DNA from: a virus
Virus record (IMG/VR): IMGVR_UViG_3300046739_000127
DNA: 43,045 nucleotides
Strand: one strand, 5' to 3'
Position numbers and translations under genes: made by a program. Shown in pieces: positions 36,161 through 43,045 of this stretch. The notes beneath the pieces are model-generated. The model was given only the letters and a program-made list of their open reading frames with translations, ran no database searches and was not told the origin of the DNA. Each line of letters begins with the position of its first letter. The stretch's first letter is position 1.

Positions 36161-36820
36161 ATGCTGAACGGCGGCGATCATCTGGCCGGTTTCCTGGGCC
36201 AATCGCTCGGCGGCAAAAAGCCTGTGGCCGGGGCGTTCAATTTTGTCGCCAACTACTCTGCCGGAACTTATGCGCTGACGGTGCCGCGCGACGGTTTCTG
36301 GAAATTCGTGGCCTGGGGGGTCGGCGGCAGTTGCGGGGGCCTGACGGACCCCGGACAGGCCAGCGCGGGCTATGTCGAGGTGACCCGGTTCCTGGCGGTT
36401 GGCCAGATAGTGACGCTGGTGGTGCCGGTCTACACAGGCGTTCCGGGGGCGACCACGATCACCTTCCCAGATGGTTCTGTGGCCAGCGCCGGATCGGCGC
36501 AGGGCGGCGCGGCGCCGACGCCGGGCGTGGCCACTGGCGGCGACGTGAACCTCAACGGTTCGGCGGCTCCTGGGGCGGGCGCCTTCGACGGCCTGCCCGG
36601 CGGCGGCACCGGTGGCGGCCCCGGCGGCCTGCATCAAGCGGGCAATTCCGGTGGCTCGGGCGCTCCGGCCAACCTGCCGTTCATCGGCGGGCGCGGCGGC
36701 TTGGGCGGCGGCGGGGTGACTTCACCAGCGGGTGTGGGTGCGGGCTGCGGCGCGGCGGGTGGCAGCGTGGTCGGTGTTCAGGCCGGGCCTGCCCTCGTCA
36801 TCGTCCTGTACGTCAATTAG
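36161..36820 (+). CDS. 219-aa glycine-rich fibre/tail-associated protein
   Basis: ORF track. The C-terminal half is Gly-rich (GGGTGGGPGG...GGRGGLGGGG). Confidence 0.7.
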   Translation: MLNGGDHLAGFLGQSLGGKKPVAGAFNFVANYSAGTYALTVPRDGFWKFVAWGVGGSCGGLTDPGQASAGYVEVTRFLAVGQIVTLVVPVYTGVPGATTITFPDGSVASAGSAQGGAAPTPGVATGGDVNLNGSAAPGAGAFDGLPGGGTGGGPGGLHQAGNSGGSGAPANLPFIGGRGGLGGGGVTSPAGVGAGCGAAGGSVVGVQAGPALVIVLYVN

Positions 36821-36831
36821 GGCGCCCGGCG

Positions 36832-38340
36832 ATGGCCAATCTCCCCTTTTTCCCGCCGACCGGCCTTGTGAACGATGATACCCAGTTCGCCGAGCAGGGC
36901 CGTTGGCTGAATGGCTCGCTGGCGCGCTTCTACGGCGACAGTTGGCAGGTTAAGGGCGGCTGGGAGCGGCTGATTCTCGACAACCTGGGCGGCGTCTGCC
37001 GGTCGGTGCTGTCGTGGACCGACAGCACGAACGACCTCAACATTGCTTTTGGCCGCCACAACGGCCTGTCGGTCTGGCGTGACAATGTTCTCTACGACGT
37101 GACCCCGGCCGAGTTCGTCGCGGGCTCAATCGACGGGACCGGAGGCGCGGGCTACGGGACCGGCGAATATGGGATCGGGACCTACGGCACGCCCTCAGTC
37201 GCCGACTACTTCCCGATGACATGGAGCCTAGGGAACTGGGGCGGCTTTCTCCTGGCGAACCCGCGCCACCAGGGGATTTTCGTCTGGGACGGCACGGCGC
37301 CCGGCATAGCGACGCTGATCCCCGGCGCACCCGCTCAAGTGACCTACATGCTGTCGATGCCGCAGCGTCAGGTTATGGCGCTGGGCTGCAATGAGGAGGT
37401 TAGCGGTGTTTTCAACCCGCTCTGCATCCGCTGGTCCGATATCGAGGATTACACCGACTGGACCTCGACCGCCCAGAACAACGCTGGGGAGTGGATTCTT
37501 GAGAGTGGCGGCCGGATCGTCTGCGGCCGGGTGATCGGTGACTACGCGCTGGTTTGGACGACCGATGGGCTGTTCCTGGGGACCTATATCGGGGCGCCCG
37601 GCCAGACATGGAAGTTCGAACGGCAGGGCGCGCACTGCGGCTCGATCAGCCCTGGTTGCCCGGCCGTGTCGGCTCAGAACGTCGCCTGGATCACGCCCAG
37701 CCTCGACTTCTGGCAATACACCCTTGGCAGTCAACCGGCCCCGCTTCACTGCGATATCCGGCTGATGTTCATGGATCACATCACAGCCGGGCAGGATGAC
37801 AAGATCGTCGGTTCGTCGGTCGGCAAATTCGGGGAATTGACGTGGTTCTGGCCAGATGACCGCGACGGCTTTGACTGTTCGCGGGCGCTGGTGGTCAACC
37901 CTGGGGGCTGGTCGCGGGATATCCTGCCGCGCTCGGCGTTCTGTGACGCAGGGCCTCAGACCTACCCTATCGGCGTCGCGCCGACCGGCGAAATCTACTG
38001 GCACGAAAAGGGCAACTCGGCAGATGGCGCCGTGCTGTCTGGCTTCATCGAGTCGGCCGCTTTCTACCTCGGCGAGGCCGAGCAGGAAATGTTCGTCACC
38101 GGCATGTGGCCCGACCTGAAGGACCAGCAGGGAACCTTCAGGCTGACCCTGTTCACAAGACAGTTTCCTCAATCGACGGAACGGGCTCATGGTCCGTGGC
38201 TGCTGACCCCCGGTCAGTCAAAGCGCAGCTTACGCCTTTCGGGCCGCATCGGTCGCGTTCGCTGGGATTGGGCGTCGGCCCCTGCCTACGGGCGGGGTGG
38301 AAAAATGGAGTTCGCCGTCGATCCGATAGGAGGCCGGTGA
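36832..38340 (+). CDS. 502-aa tail structural protein (nozzle/tubular-B-like by position)
   Basis: Frame of ORF 36331..38340. The start was moved to ATG 36832 (MANLPFFPPTG) because the upstream part overlaps the Gly-rich gene and is Arg/Gly-rich. Confidence 0.78.
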   Translation: MANLPFFPPTGLVNDDTQFAEQGRWLNGSLARFYGDSWQVKGGWERLILDNLGGVCRSVLSWTDSTNDLNIAFGRHNGLSVWRDNVLYDVTPAEFVAGSIDGTGGAGYGTGEYGIGTYGTPSVADYFPMTWSLGNWGGFLLANPRHQGIFVWDGTAPGIATLIPGAPAQVTYMLSMPQRQVMALGCNEEVSGVFNPLCIRWSDIEDYTDWTSTAQNNAGEWILESGGRIVCGRVIGDYALVWTTDGLFLGTYIGAPGQTWKFERQGAHCGSISPGCPAVSAQNVAWITPSLDFWQYTLGSQPAPLHCDIRLMFMDHITAGQDDKIVGSSVGKFGELTWFWPDDRDGFDCSRALVVNPGGWSRDILPRSAFCDAGPQTYPIGVAPTGEIYWHEKGNSADGAVLSGFIESAAFYLGEAEQEMFVTGMWPDLKDQQGTFRLTLFTRQFPQSTERAHGPWLLTPGQSKRSLRLSGRIGRVRWDWASAPAYGRGGKMEFAVDPIGGR

Positions 38341-38480
38341 TGCCGCTCAAAAAGTCAGGTTCCAAGGGCGCCTTCAAGTCGAATATCCGACAGGAGGTCA
38401 AGGCCGGGAAGCCCGTCAAACAGGCGGTCGCCATCGCTTACGCGACCCAGCGAAAAGCTCACTCGGGCCGGAAGCGCTGA
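38340..38480 (+). CDS. 46-aa basic micro-protein
   Basis: ATG 38340 overlaps the upstream TGA. Translates to MPLKKSGSKGAFKSNIRQEVKAGKPVKQAVAIAYATQRKAHSGRKR, which resembles a recurrent small basic phage protein (from memory). Confidence 0.55.
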   Translation: MPLKKSGSKGAFKSNIRQEVKAGKPVKQAVAIAYATQRKAHSGRKR

Positions 38481-38481
38481 C

Positions 38482-38937
38482 ATGGACGACGCGAAGAACA
38501 CCTGGGGCGAGGAACTGAACGACAGCGCGGCGTTCAACCCGACCCGGATCAAGCTCTACGACCCAGAGCCGGTCGATCCGGTGCTGGCCCAGTGGGCGCG
38601 GTTCCGCGACCAGTTCGCTGAGGGGATGCGCGACGGCTTTTGGACGCTTGAAGACCTTGAACAGAAGGTCGGCGACAAGCGGGCGTTCTTCTTCCCCGGC
38701 CGCGATGCGGCGATGGTCGCCGAAATTGCGGTCTATCCGGGGGGAACGCGGGCGTTTCAGGTTCTCTGGGCCTGCGGCGACGTGGCCGAGCTTCTTCAGA
38801 TGGCGCCCGGCGTTGAGTCCATGGGCCGCATGATGGGTTGCACGGAAATGCTGATTGAGGGCCGTGCAGCCTGGGCGAAGCTGCTGAAGCCGCTGGGCTA
38901 TGAGCCCTTCAGCGTCACCCTGCGGAAGGCTCTGTAG
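38482..38937 (+). CDS. 151-aa hypothetical protein
   Basis: ORF track. Ordinary composition. Confidence 0.7.
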   Translation: MDDAKNTWGEELNDSAAFNPTRIKLYDPEPVDPVLAQWARFRDQFAEGMRDGFWTLEDLEQKVGDKRAFFFPGRDAAMVAEIAVYPGGTRAFQVLWACGDVAELLQMAPGVESMGRMMGCTEMLIEGRAAWAKLLKPLGYEPFSVTLRKAL

Positions 38938-38939
38938 TC

Positions 38940-39851
38940 ATGAGCTTCACCGACAAGAAGACCAAATCGACCCAGGACTCGTCGGGGACCTTCAGCCAGA
39001 CCTCGACGCCGAATGTGCCGACGTGGATTAGCGATCCGGCGCAGGCGATGGCGGGTCAGGTCGGCAAGCTTCAGGCGCAGGGGCCAAGCGCGTTCACGCC
39101 GACCACCAGCAGCCTTGAAAATCAGGTGACGGCGGGGGCGGCGAATTTCACGCCGAGTTCCAACTATTCCGATGCGACGGGGGCCTTCAACAACATTCCC
39201 CAGGTTGAGGGGCAAAGCCTACTGACCAACCTGTCGGACTACTACAACCCGTTCAAGGAACAGATCACCAACCCGGTGATGAACGACTTCGACTTTCAAG
39301 CCGGTCAGACCCGCGCCGCGCAGGCCGCGCAGGCGGCCCAGGGGAAGGCGTTTCAGGGGTCGCGCTACGGTATCCAAGAGGGTGAGACGGAAGGCGCCCT
39401 AGCGCGGGCTCGGGCGGCGACGGAAGGTGGCCTGCTGTCGAATATGTTCACGGAGTCTACCGGGCTCAGCAGTCAGGACGCGGCGCGACGGCAGGCGGCT
39501 ATGGAAGCCAACCAGGGCGCCGGGGTCGCCAAGGCTCAGGGCCTCGCCGGGATCGACACGGCGAAGAACGCCCAGCAGCTTCAGGAGCAGGCCGCGCAGG
39601 CTGCGATAGCCCAGCGGGCGACCGAAGAACAGCAGATACAGCAGCAGTATCCGCTGACTTTCGCGGCCCAGACCGAAGGGCTGCTGTCCGGCCTCAATCC
39701 GGCGCTCTACACCGGCAGCACCACCAGCGGCACGACGACGGGGCATTCGACGGGAACGACCGTCGTCAGCGATCCCATCGGTCAGGCCGCGAACCTGATG
39801 GCCGGGGTGGGCGGACTGTTCAAGGGCCTTGGCGGCATTCCAGGGGGTTAG
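38940..39851 (+). CDS. 303-aa internal virion/ejection-type protein
   Basis: Low-complexity, Q/A/T/S-rich. Precedes the transglycosylase-containing protein. Confidence 0.72.
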   Translation: MSFTDKKTKSTQDSSGTFSQTSTPNVPTWISDPAQAMAGQVGKLQAQGPSAFTPTTSSLENQVTAGAANFTPSSNYSDATGAFNNIPQVEGQSLLTNLSDYYNPFKEQITNPVMNDFDFQAGQTRAAQAAQAAQGKAFQGSRYGIQEGETEGALARARAATEGGLLSNMFTESTGLSSQDAARRQAAMEANQGAGVAKAQGLAGIDTAKNAQQLQEQAAQAAIAQRATEEQQIQQQYPLTFAAQTEGLLSGLNPALYTGSTTSGTTTGHSTGTTVVSDPIGQAANLMAGVGGLFKGLGGIPGG

Positions 39852-39854
39852 TAG

Positions 39855-42077
39855 ATGGGTCTTCTGAAGCCGATTGAAGACGATCAGGAAGACCCCGGGT
39901 TCTTTGACACTCAGGTCGGCGACGGGCTGCTGAACGGCCTTCAGGGCGACCAGCCTGACCAGCCCGAGGAGCCGACGCCCGGCGATGAGCCGCCCGGGTC
40001 GTTCCCGGCTGCGTCGGCAGTGGAAGCCGCCCCAGAGGCGACGGCGGCGGCCGGGGAAAAACCGAAGCGCGGGCTGCTGTCCCGCATAGGGAGCGGACTA
40101 TTCGGGACGGACAGCGGCGGGGCGACGTTCGCCGACCGGCTGATTGGCGCGTCGATGGGCCTGAAGGGCGATATCGGCGGCGAGGGGACCTACTTCCAAG
40201 GGATTACTGACCGTACTCAGAAACAGGCGCTTGTGAAGCAGCAGCAGCTTGGCCAGCAGATCGACAGTCAGGCGTTCAATGGGGCCTGGGATACGGACCC
40301 CAAGACCGGGCGGCGCACTTTCAATCAGGACAAGTATCTGACCTTGCGGCAGCAGCTTGCGGCGCAGGCCAAGCTGTCGCTGAGCCCGATGGGCGCGGCC
40401 CAGACGATCAAGGCGTTCGCCGACAGCGCCAACTGGTCGTTCCAGAAGGATGATCTGGGCAACATTTGGCGGGTGAACAAGGCGACCGGCGAGAAGTCGC
40501 TAGAGGTCAAGGCGGGCAAGCCGCAGGAGTTCGACACCAAGGACAAAATCTACCTGATGGACGACGCTGAGGGCGGCGGCGGTGGCGATCAGACCGCACC
40601 GGCTGGGGGCGCTGCGCCCGCCCCGGCTGGGGGAGCCGCGCCGACCGCGCCGACCGGGGCGCAGCCAGCCGCTTATCAGGCGGCGGTCGGCAAGCGCGAG
40701 GGGACCGCCCAGAACCCTAATTCGAGCGCAGCGGGGGTCGGTCAGTTCCTCGGCAGGCTGGACGCCCAGGGCAAGGGCAAGGGGACGTGGTTCGACGTGA
40801 TGCGGAACGATCCGCAGTTCGCCCAGGATATCGCTGGGAAGTCGGACGCCGAAATCCTCGCCATGCGCGCGAACCCGGAAATCGCCAACCGGGCGATTGC
40901 GTCCTACGCGGCGATGAACGCCCCGATCCTACAGGCGGCCGGAATTACGCCGGATGCGGCCTCGCTGGGGATGGCGCATGGCTACGGCCCGGTTGGGGCG
41001 GTGAAGATCATCAAGGCCGCCCAGAGCGCACCGGACACGCCGATGGAGTCGCTGGTCGGGGCGCACACGGCGTTGATTAACCGCGTGGCCGGAAAGACGG
41101 CTGGGCAGGTTGCGGCGCAGTTTCAGCAGCAGTTTGCGGGTGGCGGCGCACCAGCGGCGGCCGGGGCGGCTCAGCCAGCGGCGGCGACGGAGCCGATGCA
41201 GAACGGCCTGACGGCTGAGGAGCTTAAGCAACTGGGACCGGCGCCGAAGGGCAAGCACTGGTTCAAGCCGGGGGCTGGCGAGGAGGAGAAGGATATCGAG
41301 CTAACCGACGACGCCGCGACTATGTTGGCCGGGCGCTACATTAAGGACGGCACGCTGCCGCAGATGCGGGATAACAAGGGCCTCGCCAAGACGAAGATTC
41401 TCAACAAGGCCTCTGACATGATGAAGTCGCTTGGCCTGACCGCCGCTGATCTGGTTTCGGGGGTGGCCGACATTAAGGCGACCGCTGCGGCGTTGACCAA
41501 GAACACGACGAATCTGGCGGCTATCAAGGGGTATGAGGACACTGCCGGAAAGAACGCCGATCTGGCTCTGAAGCTTGCCCCGGCTGGCGCTGCCCAGTTC
41601 AACAATAACGTGCTGAATCGGTGGGTTCAGACCGGCCGTCGCGCCATAGCTGGCGATCCGAACGTCACCAGCTTCGACGTGGCCCTGGGGACCTTCCTTG
41701 ACGAGTATACGAAGGTCGTCGTCGGCTCGAATGGCGGTCAGGGAACCACCGATGCGGCGCGGAAGGAATCCTACGACCGGCTCAGCAAGTACGCCTCTCA
41801 GGGCCAGTTGGCGGGCGGCATTGCCACCATGAAGCAGGAAATGCGGAACCGCACGAGTTCCATGGAGGACGTGAACGAAGGCTTGCGGTCGCACATTCGG
41901 GGTGGGGTCGGGTCTGCCCCGGCTGCTGAGCCTGCGGCTCCTGCCGCGCCTGCCGCTCCTGCCGCGCCGCCAGCGTCTACGCCGCCAGCTTCGGCGCTTC
42001 AGGAAGGCAAGGTCACGACGTTCAAGAACAACCAGCAGTGGACGTTGCGGGGCGGTAAGCAGGTGAGGCTGAAATGA
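39855..42077 (+). CDS. 740-aa internal virion protein with a lytic transglycosylase (SLT-like) domain
   Basis: GKREGTAQNPNSSAAGVGQFL (E...S..G..GQ motif) and MAHGYGPVGA (AYNAGPG-like) around aa 275-385. Flanked by Pro/Ala linkers. Confidence 0.85.
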   Translation: MGLLKPIEDDQEDPGFFDTQVGDGLLNGLQGDQPDQPEEPTPGDEPPGSFPAASAVEAAPEATAAAGEKPKRGLLSRIGSGLFGTDSGGATFADRLIGASMGLKGDIGGEGTYFQGITDRTQKQALVKQQQLGQQIDSQAFNGAWDTDPKTGRRTFNQDKYLTLRQQLAAQAKLSLSPMGAAQTIKAFADSANWSFQKDDLGNIWRVNKATGEKSLEVKAGKPQEFDTKDKIYLMDDAEGGGGGDQTAPAGGAAPAPAGGAAPTAPTGAQPAAYQAAVGKREGTAQNPNSSAAGVGQFLGRLDAQGKGKGTWFDVMRNDPQFAQDIAGKSDAEILAMRANPEIANRAIASYAAMNAPILQAAGITPDAASLGMAHGYGPVGAVKIIKAAQSAPDTPMESLVGAHTALINRVAGKTAGQVAAQFQQQFAGGGAPAAAGAAQPAAATEPMQNGLTAEELKQLGPAPKGKHWFKPGAGEEEKDIELTDDAATMLAGRYIKDGTLPQMRDNKGLAKTKILNKASDMMKSLGLTAADLVSGVADIKATAAALTKNTTNLAAIKGYEDTAGKNADLALKLAPAGAAQFNNNVLNRWVQTGRRAIAGDPNVTSFDVALGTFLDEYTKVVVGSNGGQGTTDAARKESYDRLSKYASQGQLAGGIATMKQEMRNRTSSMEDVNEGLRSHIRGGVGSAPAAEPAAPAAPAAPAAPPASTPPASALQEGKVTTFKNNQQWTLRGGKQVRLK

Positions 42078-43045
42078 GCGATTGGGACGTTGCCAGCGTC
42101 GCCCCCGATCCGGCCGCCCAGCCGCCGCCGAAGCGCGGCATTATGGATGACGTTGGCGGGGTCATGGCCTCGCTCTACCGGGGGACCGGGATCGGCGACG
42201 AACTGAACGCGGGCATAGCCGCCCCGATCAACGCCGGTATCGACGCGGCGACCGGCAAGGGCAGTGGCAACCTCTGGGACCGCCTCAAACAGGGCTTCAA
42301 CGAAAACCTGAGCTACCAGCGCCAGTCTGAGGCCGGGCTACAGCAGGCGCATCCGTATGTCGCAGGCGCCGCCAAAGACGTTGGCTTCCTCGCCCCAGTC
42401 GCGGCGGCGTTGCTGACCGATGGGGCGACGGTGGCGCCGGAAGCACCCGGCCTGCTGAACACCCTGCGGAGCGTGATCGCGCCTACGGCTCAGGTTGGGT
42501 CGCGGGCCATGAACGCTGTGCGCGGCGCGGTGACGGGCCTGACCGGCGCGGCCGGTTACGGGCTGGTGGACGCCGGGACGCCGCAGGAGCGGTTGAAGGC
42601 GGCCGGGGAAGGCGCACATAACCCGGTGGCCGCCGTCCTGGGCGCGGCGGGCGGGGCGTTGGGGCCGACCCAGAACGCCGCGAAGGGTAACTCGCTTGAG
42701 GCGATTCAGGCGGCCACGGCCGGGCTCGGGAAGATGCGGGACAAGGCCTACGAGGCGGTTGACAACCTGGGGGCTTACTTCAAGCCGACTTCGGCGAAGT
42801 CGCTCTGGATCAACATGCAGCACGATCTGGCTGAGGCCCCGCCGTTCGATCCGAACAATCCCGACATGAAGGGCGTTCAGGGTGTCGTGGATTTCGCACG
42901 GTCGAAGCTCAACTCGGGCCAGCCGTTGTCGATGACCACGCTGGGCCAGATCAGGACGGCGGCGGCGAACACCTTCAACCCGAAAGACCTGATCGCTTCG
43001 GCGCCCGGTCAGGCGATCAAGAACACGATTGACGACTTCATTCAG
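42074..43045 (+). CDS. N-terminal part of the ~569-aa internal/ejection-type protein that continues at 128..865
   Basis: ATG 42074 overlaps the upstream TGA (ATGA). The frame is open to the window end (MSDWDVASVAPDPAAQPPPKRG...) and is absent from the ORF track because there is no stop. Confidence 0.75.
   Translation, partial: MSDWDVASVAPDPAAQPPPKRGIMDDVGGVMASLYRGTGIGDELNAGIAAPINAGIDAATGKGSGNLWDRLKQGFNENLSYQRQSEAGLQQAHPYVAGAAKDVGFLAPVAAALLTDGATVAPEAPGLLNTLRSVIAPTAQVGSRAMNAVRGAVTGLTGAAGYGLVDAGTPQERLKAAGEGAHNPVAAVLGAAGGALGPTQNAAKGNSLEAIQAATAGLGKMRDKAYEAVDNLGAYFKPTSAKSLWINMQHDLAEAPPFDPNNPDMKGVQGVVDFARSKLNSGQPLSMTTLGQIRTAAANTFNPKDLIASAPGQAIKNTIDDFIQ
42919..43045. repeat. Terminal overlap, copy 2 (identical to 1-127)
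   Basis: Read directly. Confidence 0.95.

Noticed and set aside
36331-36831. N-terminal 167-aa extension of the 669-aa ORF
   Set aside because: It overlaps the glycine-rich gene in another frame and is Arg/Gly-rich. A clean ATG at 36832 directly follows the stop of the upstream gene.
35260-38190. Minus-strand ORFs 35260..35976, 36053..36637 and 37228..38190
   Set aside because: They are antisense to tail genes that have clear repeats and domain signatures, and are Arg/Gly/Pro-rich.
1-43045. CRISPR arrays, reverse transcriptase/DGR or retron components, rRNA/tRNA genes, toxin-antitoxin pairs of known families
   Set aside because: I looked for regularly spaced repeats, RT motifs (YxDD) and template/variable repeat pairs and found none. 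The paralogous genes at 32658-33425 are too diverged, and have no RT partner, to be a DGR.

Overview
The window is a complete, circularly closed phage genome. Bases 1-127 are identical to 42919-43045, giving a unique length of 42918 bp, and one virion gene reads through the junction. GC is high, and a GcrA-like gene suggests an alphaproteobacterial host.

The gene content fits a temperate podovirus-like phage. No tape measure, tube or sheath gene was recognised.

Layout:
- 26.0 kb through the junction to 2.4 kb (+): late block. It holds a P22-like portal with a long Q/A-rich C-terminal extension, scaffold, HK97-type capsid, tail and fibre proteins, and three large internal or ejection proteins, one with a lytic transglycosylase motif. 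A small cargo cassette follows, with a DUF2493/SLOG protein and a 2-TM protein.
- 2.3-2.5 kb: candidate attP.
- 2.5-7.7 kb (-): tyrosine integrase, Xis-like HTH and small early genes.
- 7.7-8.0 kb: divergent switch region with TTGAATGCA operator-like repeats.
- 8.0-16.5 kb (+): Cro-like gene, RuvC-like resolvase, SSB-like protein, primase-polymerase/DUF3987 helicase, GcrA-like regulator, TerS and TerL.
- 16.6-25.6 kb (-): about 25 small genes lying between TerL and the portal. They include ArdC, a small serine recombinase operon and a low-GC moron.

Signals not explained by ordinary annotation:
- A start-associated GGATGCTCA box and a reused ~30-nt intergenic cassette in front of the leftward genes.
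- Reused promoter cassettes and GGGCTAG operator-like inverted repeats.
- A cTTGAC-N8-GCAACAGGCTTC element upstream of the packaging, head and capsid genes.
- A serine recombinase / 303-aa unknown / dual-HTH operon in a phage that already has a tyrosine integrase.
- A SLOG plus 2-TM cassette next to attP.
- SSB-tip-like acidic tails ending in Phe on several replication-module proteins.

All functional calls come from reading the translated ORFs and remembering family signatures. No database search was run.
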